From Lytechinus pictus (Eukaryota), in contig NC_087249.1 in the NCBI RefSeq assembly GCF_037042905.1, positions 7,752,001 to 7,816,000 on the forward strand: 64,000 nt of DNA. Direction: 5' to 3'. Positions within the stretch are counted from its first letter, which is position 1. Every line of letters begins with the position of its first letter. Below the pieces are notes generated by a model that saw only the letters and a program-made list of their open reading frames with translations, was not told the origin of the DNA and did no database searches. This document shows, one piece after another, positions 27,209 through 40,893 of the stretch. Position numbers and translations under genes: made by a program.

Positions 27209-27950
27209 GGGAGGGGTTTCACAAGGAGCTAAGTCTGACTGGAAGTCATGCTCAAGTGCCGATGCGCACATGATAAAAACATGCATTGTTTAATACACAC
27301 TACAGTGGCTCCCATGAATGGGATTTGACCGATACAGTGATGTATTGCTATTTTTATACCTAACTTGGTATTTAAAGGACAAGTCCACCCCAACCAAAAA
27401 TGTATTTGAATAAAAAGAGAAATCTCCAACAAGCAAATTACTGAAAATTTCATCAAATCGGATGTATAATAAGAAAGTTATGACGGTTTCAAGTTTCGCT
27501 TAATTTCACAAAACAGTTATATGCACATCCAAGTCGGTATGCAAATGAGGGACTTGTAGATCACTCACTCACTATTTTTTTTTATTATATGAAATATGAA
27601 AAATTCTGATTTTCTCCTCATTATCATGTGAAACAAAGATTTATTTCTCCCTGAACATGTGGAATTACCATTGTTTAACATTTAATGGTTTAGTCAAGTT
27701 GGTCCTTATTGTGAAATCTGTAAAAATTGAAATATTGTATCATTTAAACAATAAAAAACAAAAGAATTGTGAATATAGCTTATTTCTGAAAAATAAGCGA
27801 AACTTTAAAATGTTATAACTTTCTTATTTTACATCAGCATTATTCTTGTCTGATTTTTCTCTATTGATTTAAATCAACGTTTTTCTGAGTTGGACTTGAC
27901 CTTTAAGAGTAAATTTTTTGTCATGGTCAAGTCTTTGTGAAAACACCCTC
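27209..27950. mobile_element. MITE (family of 48697-48917) split by a TTAA insertion
   Basis: GGGGTTTCACAAGGA ... TCTTTGTGAAAACACCC; interior resembles the reverse complement of the 48697 copy. Confidence 0.65.
27376..27902. mobile_element. TTAA-targeting foldback MITE (Kolobok-like)
   Basis: TTAA|AGGACAAGTCCAC ... TGGACTTGACCT|TTAA. Confidence 0.85.
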
Positions 27951-28649
27951 TGCTGGAGTTTGGTCCCTATAAATGAAATTATGATTTATGGATTCCTATG
28001 CTAATATTTGAAGTAAATGTTGGAACACTTATTATCAGACAATATAACAAAGATCCTAGTTGTGTCTCAACTCCCCATACAAGCCATATAATTTAGCAAT
28101 GGCGACTATCCAGAATTCTGCAATTCATGTTTTTGAAATTTGACGGTCTTATCAACATTTATGGATATTTTTATTCGTCCACTTCAAGTTCTTTTCTCAA
28201 AGAGCAAAGAAGTGATCAGGATGTCATTCCAAAAATCTAAGCAATTGATCACATAATTGATTTGTTATTGGTCACACATAAAGATTAATGGATGTATCAT
28301 TCACAACCTGCAGCCCTGCCATCAATGGCTAAGCTTTGTGATATGGGGCTCTGAAGTCGGCTTGCAACCACTCAATTTCGTTATGAGAAAACAATTATGG
28401 TAATGTATTGAAACATCTAATCTTTTAATGTATTATGTGAACATTTTTAATCAAGATGATGTATCGTATAACGGATGAACTGGAAATGAATTGCTTGAAT
28501 ACATCATCGGAAACCTTTTGTAGTATCCCCATTATATATTTTATGCAAATAATTATTTTGTGATAAAAATATAATGCATCAAACCAATTGTGTGAACATA
28601 CATGTATATCATGGTATTAGATGAGAAGGCCCACTGTAGTATACATAGC

Positions 28650-28812
28650 ACTTGAAACTTGGAACTCTTGTTGGAATGCTCCTCAGGGAGTAGAGAAAGT
28701 GCATACACTGTGTGTAGCACGCCAGGATCAGGTGACCGGGGTAATAATAATGAAAAGTGCTTTCAAACATAAACTATTTAGGCACCCTATTAATGTAACT
28801 TACTAATTATTA
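28650..28812 (+). mobile_element. SINE 3' fragment
   Basis: CTCTTGTTGGAATGCTCCTCAGGGAGTAGAGAAAGTG...CCGGGGTAATAATA matches the reverse complement of ~19770-19845. Confidence 0.6.
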
Positions 28813-31800
28813 TCTCTACAAAATGGCATATTGTGCATAGAAGTACAACTGTCAAAAAATTATATAGTGTAAGAATGTAATTATAAACATCTTCTGTAGA
28901 CTCAATCACAAACAAATTAATGAAAAAAAATATAGTGAGTTTTTAATGCATGAATACACACAATGGCTGATACATTTAACACACATCTAATGAAGATGTA
29001 AAAGTAGTTGAGTATCTATTCCAAACACAAATATTATCACATATTTCAATAAATGAGCAATAATTGACATAAAACTGTCTACAGACTGAGCCATCATGTC
29101 TCCCCATGCTCATCCCCCTCCATTCTCTTGCTCTCGCCATCTCCAACCCCCCCCCCCCCCTTTCTCTCTCTGCCATCTTTTTTCCTCCTTTTCATCACCC
29201 GATCTACAGCACACAAAGCCACACATTACACCCAAGCAATTTACAACCTCAACTTAGACTACTAATAACAGGATAAGCCCCAGAGAAATAGGACAGCAAC
29301 ACACTGGATCAATGCTCTAACATCAATCTAATCTTACTGACCATCCGAGGATATACCAGCTCAATACTCCTGTCATTTGGACAACCCTCAAGAAATAAAT
29401 CCCCATACTCTGACCTCATTAAGAAGATGACATCCCTGCATGTAGTCCCTCAAGCTCACCAGAGAGCAAAACAAGATTCTCCCTTCCCTTTTCTCCGCCC
29501 ATCTATGAATTAATTTAACATTTATAAAGCATTTTCTGTCTCCATATTTTGGATAAATCGACTTCAATGAAAAATCAAGCAATTAAGAGCAATGTGCAAA
29601 CACGGGGCGCCAAACCCTTTTCATCATAATATATTTGATTAAATTCATTATTAAGAGCAGGGAATTATTAATCCAACTGAGAATGCAAATATTTTTTCTT
29701 CCAACTCAGTAAACGTTTTCTGGCCAAGTAATTTTTCATTGATTTTTTTTCTCTCTTTTTTTTTTTATTTCACTCTAACAAGGATGTTTTACCTATAGAT
29801 GTATAATTCAAGCTTTGCCAATAATGCACTTTTTATTTATTTAACGTAGAATCACTACTAAAAAATCAAGTAATTTTAACTTGCTTTTTTATTGATTTTG
29901 ACTAAAGAACTAACTTCAATTACAATGTATCCTTAAACATACTCCTCTTTTAAAAAGTAATTACTATGACACATAAATTTTGAGAGAGAAGTTGATATGT
30001 CCTTTTTTAACATATTTGTATTTGAAAGAAAAATAGAAACAATAAGTGGTGTAAAATTATTCTTTATCTATATGAAGAAAGTATAATTTTGAATAGTTAC
30101 TCAGTTTTACAATTTCAAATCTTGATGCATTAGAAAGAATTTCAAATGATTTTTTTAATATAAAGAAATATTAATAAGGTATTCAACACATCAGTACCTT
30201 ATATTTAGTACTGGGTGACAGAGTGAAGTTTATACAGGATAAATGTTCCTTGGTGACAGTTGCTTAAAAATATATTGTTTGAATGTGGCCAGTGAGTGTT
30301 GGTCGAGTATTTGACTTTTATGCATAAAAGTAAATAAACCACACAAAAAAAAAAAAAAGGAATAATTTTACACATCATTGTGCACAAAGGTTTATAAATG
30401 AGTTTAGTTTTATTTCTATATAAAGGGCTAACAATACAGATGTAAAGTGAAAGTATAAAGATTCAAAATTAAGGACATACCTATATGTACTCAATGACTT
30501 CCATGTTGTCCCCAAGTTCAGACATTGTTGATAATACTCTACAAAAAGATATGGTATATACATTTGATTCTGTCTGAAGCCTATTATTCTACTAGTACTT
30601 CCAATAAAATAGATTCATCCCTTTAATAAATCTGTTCTCCATAGAGGTCTGATAAGATCAGATGCAATGTCGGTATAAGAAACATTCTTCTGCAATTTCC
30701 AATAAATAACAAATCTGCAAACTATATACATGATTATTCTATATAAGTTTATTTTCTAAAATCTGGAAAATAGAAAACAAAAATCAATCTCCTTGCCGAT
30801 GTCTTATCTCTGTGTTACGATTCTTATAAATAGAAATTGCAATGTTTTATTATCTTTATATATTAGTCCTTGACTGTGTCTGGAACATTGCATTGTTGAA
30901 TATCTTTTTGAAGAAAGATTAACTTTATTTTCTATGACTTTGTCTGTCTAAAGTCGTGAGGATCTTAGGAAGCAGAACATTTTAAGTGTAGTTGATTGAC
31001 AATAGCACAAGATTATATGGAGCCCATGAAAAAAAATTTATTGACTTTAGAAATACAGGCTTTCATACACGAAATTATCACCACTGAATTGACTTTAGAA
31101 TAGAATAAGATTACAAGCAGGAAACTTATCAGGAAGAATGTGATCAACATCTCCATGATAGCTGGATTGGGGTTTTCACCGTTCCAGGCATTGTTTTAGC
31201 AAATTCTGAGAAAACAAATTACTACCACAATCCAAAAATGGTTTGTGAAGATTTCATCCATTAGTAACAAATAATTCAACATGCATATTGACAAAGAATC
31301 AAATTATAAATAGATGCTTGATAGATTAGTGTGTATTATTCATGCTTGCAGGGAATGAATTCTCTTCCCAAAATTTGATTAGCCTTTTTGGTCATAAGAC
31401 CGAGTTTTGTACAGTCCTCTGTAAAAAAAAAATGCTACACAAAAGACTTTTTGTCTACAGCAGTCATAATAAAAATGTGAAGCAAATCGTGATGCGATAC
31501 CAGAACAAAAATTCTCCTGAGCTTGTTACTAAGATTACATCATTACTAAAACCAATTTTTAATGAACCCACATTAATGTCATTTAATTGACAATAACAGG
31601 TTCATTAATGCAGTAATTTCATTTCATTCCCTGTTGAATTATTTATCAATACATGCTTTGAAATAAGCACAAATAGTGAAAGAAATACACAATGGTTTAA
31701 GACCACATAGTCAAAATCACCTTCCTCGTATCGTTCATTACATTGTTCTTTACACACATAAACAACAGAGGGCATTATTACAGTTTCTCTCCGAATTTGA

Positions 31801-32118
31801 ACCTTTGTATCTAAATGCCGTTTCTCATTTGTGTGCTTCTCTTGACACAATCTCGGGTGATTCATAAAACTCCACACACACACACCAACAACAGAGGGCA
31901 GCATTACAAATTCATTGACAGTCGACAGTAACTGTCTTAGAATCACTGGCTATAAAATGGGGTAAAAATTATTATCCTGGGGGGTTAAATGACAATTAAT
32001 TTTGCAACAAAGCAGTTTATCTGCTTTACTACATGTATTTGATTATGAATGCACTTTTCAAAAGGACTGTCTTCCAAGTACATGTACATGTAGGTTATTG
32101 CCGGGTGATATTCCAATA

Positions 32119-32868
32119 CAGTCTGACCTCTCTTATCCGGACACGTTGGGACCAGCACCAATCCGGATAAGGGATTTATCCGAATCTGGGAGACCCAATA
32201 TTAAATTCACCCAGCTGCTGCCTCCCCAGGCCAACCGCGGTAGCTACACGGTATCTACTGTAGTGGGCGTACAGACAGTATTCACTGCAGTGTCAGTGCA
32301 AATTATAGGCGGTATTTTTACGGAAATGATATCGATCGATGGCCAAAACTGTTGGATAATTTACCTGCTAAAACGATTGAGGTATACATCGAGCAAACCT
32401 CGAAAGAAAGAGAATGACTCAATGAAACTAAGTTTTACAATTAGATCATCGTTGCAGGTATCGCAGCTTCGCAATGTCAGCCATTGTTACACTGACTGTA
32501 GGCTCAAACATGATAGATGGCGCTGTCCGTATTGAGGCCTAGCGTTAGCTAGCGAGACATGTGTTGTTTTTCCCGGGAAACAAAAAGAGAACGTGATGAA
32601 ATGCTTGCGCTGCGCCCTGATTTACTGGAAAATTATCCTGCCTAAGTTCTTTTGGTGATTTGGGTGAGATACTTTCATGAAAAATAATGTTGTAGGTAGA
32701 CTATATTGGAAAATATATGTAATCAAAGTAAGTTTGCGTATAGGATTCAGTTTAGATTGAAATCTCATTTCTGCACATACAAGATTAAATAAAAAAATCT
32801 CGGCAAGTGTGCGTCCGGATATTAGAGAGATCCGGATAAGGGGAGGCCGGATAAGAGAGGTCGGACTG
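32119..32868. mobile_element. pogo/Tigger-type non-autonomous element
   Basis: TA|CAGTCTGACCTCTCTTATCCGG ... CCGGATAAGAGAGGTCGGACTG|TA, with repeated CCGGATAA subterminal motifs. Confidence 0.9.
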
Positions 32869-33538
32869 TATTGTCAAAGTTATGCCATATTGAAAAAATA
32901 ATTGATAATGGATATATGATTGTGTTGATATATCAAGCTAACACCAATTGACCATCATATTGTCGATTATAAAAAAGTGAATCACCATTTATTGACTAAA
33001 ATGCTGTTCTGTCTTGCTTTAAGGTACCTTATTAAGTTGGTACTCAAATGCACTCTTTTCATGGATAAGCACCACGTCCACAACAGCTTTACTTTTATTA
33101 TATCCCTTCCCTGCTTTCACAGAATCGCTGGTTATAATAAACATATACAATGAATTTTCAGACTAAGCGATATTTTGCTAGCAATAATAGACTAACATTG
33201 AAATCAAATTTTGTCTTGTAAATACTGCACTTGATAGCCTCAAAGAGGCTACAGACGTATGTACTTCTTTTAATTAGCATGTTTTGTTGCAAATATCGAC
33301 CAGCAGCAAAGTAGGTCACTAACATAGTGAGGTTATTCATAACTTGGAACAATACCATTTTATAGGATTTAAAAAAAATTAATCTAGTACAAATTATCTA
33401 CTTTTCAATACATTCAAGTATAAAAATTATATTTATAACAAAGATAAGAACTGCTGAAAATAGCACTATTGAAAATGTTAATGACAATGACCTCATTCTT
33501 CCTCTTTTGTATACTCATCCACATCTCAAATGGAACAA

Positions 33539-33750
33539 AACAAGGAGGATCAAGAAATCCACATTGTGTTGGTGCAAGAACGCCCTAAATACCACACTTT
33601 TTGTGCATTGCATGAGCGCAAAAATGCACTTAGCTGCACACATAAGAGCATTGCGTAAGGACGTTTCTGCACCGATATGGTGTGCGAAAATGTTTTCCTA
33701 AGGGTATTCTTGCACCAACACAATGATTTTTTCATCATTTATTCCTTGTT
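33539..33750. mobile_element. Palindromic MITE
   Basis: AACAAGGA...CATTGTGTTGGTGCAAGAACGCCCTA / GGGTATTCTTGCACCAACACAATG...TCCTTGTT. Confidence 0.7.
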
Positions 33751-33991
33751 GTTAATAATGATAAAGATTTCTATAGATGTTAATGATAATTGTGACAATT
33801 CATAATGATGATATCAAGTAATCATTGAAAATATGAAGATGAGGCTTAGAATAATGATGATGAAGATGATGATAAAGATGATTGTACAACTGAAACTTTT
33901 TCCACAGCACTACATTTTAATCTTGCATGGATTTTTGCAAGCATGAATGAATGTTATGAGTATGCATACATGTACTTATGACAGACCAGAT

Positions 33992-34711
33992 GGGTGTTTC
34001 ATAAAGCTGTTTGTAAGTTACGAGCGACTTTAAGAATGACTGGTGATCCTTTCTTACGCGCTAAATAATCACCAATGGATATCATTTACCACAAGGATCA
34101 CCAGTCGTTATCAAAGGACAAGTCCACCTAACAAAAAGTTGATTAAAAAGGAGAAAAATCCAACAAGCATAACACTGAAAATTTCATCAAAATCGGATGT
34201 AAAATAAGAGTTATGACATTTTAAACTTTTGCTTAATTTCACAAAACAGTATATGCACATCCTGGTCGGTGTGCAAATGAGGAGACTGATGACATCATCC
34301 ACTCACTATTTCTTTTATATTTTATAACATGAAATATTCTAATTTTCTCCTCATTGTCAAGTGAAAGGGATAAGCATTGTTTAATACTATGGTTCAGTCA
34401 AGTTGGTCCTTATTATCAAATATGTAAAAAAATGAAATTTTGTATAATTCCAAAAAACAAAAGAAATAGTAAGTGAAGGACATCATCGACTGTCTCATTT
34501 GCATGTCACTGAACTGTGCATATCACTATTTTGTGAAAAATAAGAAAAATTCTAAAATGTCATAACTTTTCTATTTTACATCCGATTTTGATGAAATTTT
34601 CAGCGTTATGCCAGTTTGATTTTTCTCTATCAATCCAAAACAACACTTTTCTGGGGTGGACTAGACCTTTAAAGTCACTCTTAACCTACAAACAGCTTGA
34701 GGAAATGGCCC
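33992..34711. mobile_element. MITE split by a TTAA insertion
   Basis: GGGTGTTTCATAAAGCTGTTTGTAAGTTA ... TAACCTACAAACAGCTTGAGGAAATGGCCC. Confidence 0.7.
34115..34668. mobile_element. TTAA-targeting foldback MITE, same family as 27376-27902
   Basis: TCAA|AGGACAAGTCCACC ... GGTGGACTAGACCT|TTAA. Confidence 0.85.
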
Positions 34712-35224
34712 AGTTATATTATCATTTCATATTTTTATGGCTTCTTCATGATATCTCATACAAGGCTGAAAGAATATGAAACCATAAAGGAAAAGAGCTT
34801 TGTTTGTTAACAGTGAAGTAAGACAAAAGGAAAACTTACAACTCACCAAACTAATCTTCGTATGAAGTTGCATGAACAAAACAAGGTTATGATGCACTTA
34901 TTATCAGTGAAGCAGTGCCACCATTGTATCATTTATGATATTTGTTAATCTCAACTACACGCATCAGACTGCATTACTTTGCCTCCTATTTGAAGAACTT
35001 CTAGGTATAAGAATACTGCTTGAAAATTGTGGATTCTGAGATCATCACTTCTGAATGCTTCCACTAAATAATCAGATACTGATTATTTTCCATGAAAAAT
35101 ATCCTACCATCAGCAAATCAATAAGGTTTTCAATTTTCAAAATTTTTCTCAATCAATTTGATTAGTGAGTGCCCTTTTCTTAATTTTTTAGTCAAACTGG
35201 TTTGTCAGTTCTTATTTAAAAAAA

Positions 35225-35506
35225 AATAATAATAATAGGTATTTATATAGCGCCATCTATCTAGAAATATTCTATTCCGAGGCGCGATGTTATGAATATT
35301 ATTACCCTGGCTTTAGCTTGAGCTGCCTTTCAGCGCTCATGCATTCAAGGAATTAATCCTACCGGGTACCCATTCACCTCACCTGGGTTGAGTGCAGCAC
35401 AATGTGGATAAATTTCTTGCTGAAGGAAATTACACCATGGCTGGGATTCGAACCCACGACCCTCTGTTTCAAAGTCAGAAGAATAAACCACTAGGCCACA
35501 ATGCTC
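35225..35506 (-). mobile_element. tRNA-derived SINE, near full length
   Basis: Minus strand TGTGGCCTAGTGG, GGGTTCGAATCCC, shared core, GCGCTATATAAATACCTATTATTATT tail. Confidence 0.85.
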
Positions 35507-35771
35507 CAATCAAGCTTTGAATTTTCTAAATTTTCTCAGACAATTATCATAATAATAAATGCTCATTTCTTAAAATTTTTAAGTCAAAAGGAATTTCTTT
35601 CTTGCAATAAGAGTCAAAATTGTTTGTCAGTTCATATGAAAGAAGTAGAAGTTTATGAAAGGTCATCTTGCCAAAATTCTATGACGCGTCTTTTCACATG
35701 AATCCCGCTACATACTCAGGCACCATGTATCTTTTCATAGCTGTTTCCTTTATTTCCCATTGTTTTTTCTA

Positions 35772-36003
35772 CACTCTAAATTCCAAGGATTTAGAATAAA
35801 TCCAGATCGGCTGTTAATAGTGACCAGCCGAATTTTTAATTCATTTTAAATCTTAAGGATTAACTTTTAAATCTCAAAAGATTTAAATTCAAATCTTTTA
35901 GATTAATATTTAAATCAACAAGGTTTAAATCTATAACTAATATTCGGCTGGTCACTATTCACAGCTGATCTGGATTTATTTTAAATCCTTGGAATTTAGA
36001 GTG
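35772..36003. mobile_element. Palindromic MITE with TA duplication
   Basis: TA|CACTCTAAATTCCAAGGATTT ... AAATCCTTGGAATTTAGAGTG|TA, ~60-bp IR. Confidence 0.9.
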
Positions 36004-37658
36004 TATGATGAAAAGTGGTAATTGGTAATGAGAGACTGCTTGCGGGATTCCCACGCATAAGCCTCGGTTCTGACTTTTTACAAGGTACCCAACTTTTTTC
36101 CCCGAAGTGAAAGATTTGTCAAACCACCTGGTTGCAAGTGGTCCTGAGTCAAACAGTGATTTCCAACATTTTTAATGGCCGGTACGACAGGTAGGTACCA
36201 GTATCTGCATGAGGTAATAATTCATGATAAACACTTGATTGATAATCAAATGAAACCTGATCTTTATGGACACTCCTCCTCCTATTTATCAAGATGAATT
36301 TGCTGGTACACATGTACGATTTGGTGGGCACTTTGCCATGACATTAAATTTTTGTGAGTTTTTTTAATGTTTGTTTGCTTTTGTTTGGGGGTGGGCATGC
36401 CCCAATATTATAAAGTGTTTGCAGACGCTTTCTGGAACTTTGAGATTCTATTGTCAAAAGCCCTTCATGACAAAGTAGCCTTTGTTGACAATTGGAGAAT
36501 CAAAAAAGCATTGGTCTTCCTGGACTCTGGACAATCTCGATATTTGCAATTTTTTGTCAGCTCCAAATCTTAGGACAATCTGCCGTCCCAGTTCACCAAT
36601 TTTTCGCCAAGAGCCTCGAAGCTGTTCATTGTGATTTAACAGTCATTTTCAATAGATATACTGTGTTACAGAATCTGTCCCCATTGCAATTGCAAAAAAA
36701 TCGCTAATGAACATTAGATAAATACTAAGAGCTGAATAGTGTACACCTGCCTTATTACTCTTAAAAAATATGAGTGAAAACATCCGCTCACTCACTAGGA
36801 GTAAACTTAAAAGGCAGTAAGCCCTTTAAGTTTGATTAATATCACCCATCTAAACATGAGTGAAAATACATTTTCACTCCCAATATTATCATAATATACA
36901 TGGTCCTTTGGATCATAATATACATGGTTATCCATATCTTCTTGACGCATGAAATTTCACTACTTTAATGAGAAAGCATAGTACATCATCAAATTAAATA
37001 CAAACTTACACATTGTAAGTTCAATAATGAACGTCAAATGATTTAATATCAATGTACACAGCACCAGCGGAATAATGAGCCCCCCCAAAAAAAAAAAATT
37101 GAGGGGGTCAGATATGGCAGATGGATAAACAATTCTACAAGATGCGAGCGAGCGAATATAATTTTTGACCTTTTCAATAATAAATCTTATTTTATTTTTG
37201 CATAGATTTTTACATAATTTTCAGAAATTAAATTTTTCTGATTTCTCTTCCTTTTCTTTCCTTTTTCCTCTAATTTCTTGATCATGAAACTTTTTGTGGG
37301 TCATGACCCCCTAGCCCCCCCCCTTATATTATATGTTTGCATAAATGAAATTCTCAGTGGTTCTACTCATAGGTGGCATTTTTAATATTACCGCAACATG
37401 AGACTAAATGTTTTTGTCTTTGTATCATACACTCCAGCAAATATCTGAACCAACTTTGCTCAAATAAATGCTGCCTGAGGTTGAAATTCATAATTTACCA
37501 TCACTAATTATAGTCGTTTTTTTAATGAAGCTGTCAAAGTAGTTTAAACATCTCTTAATACACTGATTTATATGCACTTTAACTTACCATGTGTTAAATT
37601 GTTTATTATCAATATACTTCAATAAATGTATATTCTTTTGAAATATTGTATGATATTA

Positions 37659-37873
37659 TTTCATACAACTCCCAAGAATGTTCTGTAATCTAATTGGTCC
37701 AAATCGGATCACATGATATTCAGCGAATTGCACTATTGCATCCAAAATGCTCTATCCTGCACTCTGACATCATACCAAATGTACTATCCTGCACTCTGAT
37801 GTCAGAGTGCAGGATAGTGCGAGGTCTGGAATTATCTAGAATTATCTAGTAACATGGGGGGTGTTGTATAAAA
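37659..37873. mobile_element. MITE with an internal perfect hairpin
   Basis: TTTCATACAACTCCC / GGGTGTTGTATAAAA ends; 17-bp perfect IR at 37783-37818. Confidence 0.55.
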
Positions 37874-39954
37874 CAAACAATGCGCGCATTCTTTTGCATC
37901 CAGAGGACCTAAATAATGAACTCTGTGAACATCGTTCATTATTTGGCCCTGCATGCACGCGCTTACATGCATTATTTGTTTAATAAAACCCTGCCAATTG
38001 TCAGTGAAGTGGATTTTGTCCCAGTATCTCTGGCAAAGGGCCTTGGTAAATTGTACCTTCTCTATTTTATTAAGAAATAAAAATGTATTTATTTTTATAC
38101 ACCCCTCCCACTGTTAAATATAAATTTTGCTAAATAAATGCATTGCCCACTTTCCCTTTAAGCACCACATGTGCTGTCTGAAAAATATATTGATTCTTTT
38201 TGAAGTGGGTGGTACTCATCCATGTGTACAGAGCATTGATTCAAATTGACATGCAACTCTATTCATATTGTTATGAAATTTCCCATTCTGTCGCAAATTC
38301 AATGCTTGAATATAATGTATCGCGTGTGGAGAGGATTATAAGAACATGTGCCGCTTGTTTTAAACTTCATATCAAATATGAATAAATGTTCTGATATATG
38401 TTGTTGATATGTGAGATTCACCTTGGGCAATGAGTGGGTATCTTGCAATTACAATATATTTCTGTTTCAATAACTGCAAATTATATAGGCCTATGCGTCA
38501 TTTCCCCATTTTTATACTCCTCATGGGCTTAATCCTGTCTCTTTTCCTTTTAATAAAACAGAAATAAACACCCTACATTTTCAACCAAATTTCCTAGGAA
38601 ACACCCATTAAACTTTGCCTATTGAGCAGCAAAGTGCATAAAAAAATGAATCGTCATTGTACAGTACCTCAAATAGTCAATCTCTTTTAATTCCCTGATC
38701 TGTCTTGCATAAATTTTTGTTAAAAATGTACAAGGGTTATAACAACATTTGACAAAACTTCATAAATTTGTACAATCTATTAGACAAATTTATGACCATT
38801 AAAAATGTTATCTTTTCTATTTCTTTTCTATATGATGTATAGGTCTTTTAAACGAATATTGATGGCTTTTTCTTGCATTCTTATTTTGTAGATAACAGTC
38901 AAAAGATTTGTTGGTGGTTTTGAGTGATTATGAACTATGACTTACAAATGACTCCAAGAGAAGCATTTATAACACATGAAACTCTTGCTTTCAAATCCTT
39001 TATGTCTGTATAAGGGTTGAGTAATGAAAGTGAAAGGGTTTAACTTTAATTTTGTGGCAACGAGGTTAAAGGGATTGCTGCTTTCTAGAATAGAGTGTAT
39101 AGTGTAGAATACCTCCAATAGTGATTTTCAAAAAAATAAACATCTCAAAAATAAGGTAATGCACTTGAAGCAGTTAGTTATCAAATGCATTGTGAAATTT
39201 TTTTGTTGTTGAATATATACATGTGGAAAATGGCGACAAAATTACACAATGCACACTTCGCGTTATGCTGGGAAACAAATCTATCATGTGCATCCATATT
39301 AATATTTGATAATGAAAATGTAGTGCTCTTTTGTATTATGTATTAAGAGACCGACCACTTAGCTAGGTCATTGAGCCATTCTTGTATTACCTAAAGAATT
39401 TGCAGTTACTATATTATCGTTATTTATTTGGCAAAGAGAATTACAAAGAACAATACATTTCAGTATAAACAATAACAGATAACAAATATCAACCATTGGA
39501 ACGTCAGGGACAGAAAAAGTTAACTAATTTACTGTGGCGTAGAGCCCCCTGTCCCAATTGTGATTGAGTTTGCGGCTGAAATAGAAATTTAATTACCATT
39601 TTCAATCCTGGGCAATCTTAGTATACTGATCGACCCAAGATACATATTCAGGTTAAAGATCCCTTTAATAAATTTGAATATTCCTTTCTTTTCCACAACT
39701 TGTATTTTACTCATACAATCCCACTAATGCATTTTGATGAGTAAACAAAATAGGTTCACGGTTATGAGTTTTGAATAATAAATCAACCATACTTTGCTGA
39801 ATTTCAACTGATGTATGGAGCATGCTTTCATAAGTCATTTTTTATATTTTTCTAATATGATCATCAATATCTTTGTCAAATTCACAGGTGACTACCCCCT
39901 GTTAGCAAGATGAGTGTACTAGAGAATGAGATACCTTACTGGTATGATACATAG

Positions 39955-40379
39955 GGTGGTTTCAAACCGCCTCGATCACAAGAATACCCATTAAATTACA
40001 ACAACTTTTTCAGGCTACAAAAAAAATCCTGTTAATTGTTTTCACATTCACACCGCCCCAAAACATACCCTTCGGGATAAGTTCCTGAAGTTACTAGCAT
40101 GCGCAGTGTCGTCTGATAAGCAAGCTAGGCGCGAGATTCAAAATTGCTAATTTGCTTTCACACTGCCAAAATACCTGCGACCATGGAAAAATTCCCGCGC
40201 TGCGAAAGTTCTCGTAATTTTGACAAGTACCTACTATTTAGCGGGTATATTCTTTCGGGGGGGAGATTACACATAACTTGCTTTCACACTGCCAAATTAC
40301 CTGGTATTTTCTGGTTGGGATAAAATTCCCGATAAAAAATACCTGGAACTGACAAACTTCGAGGCGGTCTGAAACCACC
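39955..40379. mobile_element. Harbinger-like MITE
   Basis: GGTGGTTTCAAACCGCCTCGA ... TCGAGGCGGTCTGAAACCACC; flanks TAG and TAT. Confidence 0.8.
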
Positions 40380-40893
40380 TATTGAGTGCTGGTATCCATT
40401 ATGTTCAAGTCAAACATTTGCAGTCACTGTACACCTGCTACTTCACATGGCACAAATATATATAACAAAATCGAAAAGTCATCAAATCTGTTGCTGTTTG
40501 GTTTTCATGAAGTCATCAAATCTGTGCTTGTTTGGTATTTATGTAAATTTTTAAGTTTATATTTGCACCATTCATGTGTAAAAGATATTGAAAATATTGC
40601 ATATGCTTCAATGACGTTTTTTAATCAATGATTTACACTACTCAAAAAAAGTTAAGGACCACTTTTTAAAACGTACATAAAGATTTTATACAAGGTGTTT
40701 TATTTCTGGAAATACCTCAGTACAACTGTCCTAAATGTCCTTAAACACGCTGTAATCAATTTCACGCATGGGTGGTTTCAGTTGTTGCACAATGTCTCTC
40801 GCATCACTGCACATCCTGAAAAGTGGGCCCCAAGGGGTATCAGCTACCGACATGAAGTGGTAAAAACGAATGTCTGAGTGTCTTTCAGGCAGT

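Noticed and set aside
29500..30910. Possible very old LINE remnant
   Set aside because: Only faint hints (minus-strand RQGD-like word); no alignable frame by eye.
32002..32535. 177-aa ORF
   Set aside because: It crosses the boundary of a pogo-type MITE, has a non-ATG start and shows no recognisable domain.
35400..35506. tRNA-like sequence (also at 7260-7324 and 53221-53295)
   Set aside because: These are SINE heads followed by the shared core and tail, not tRNA genes.
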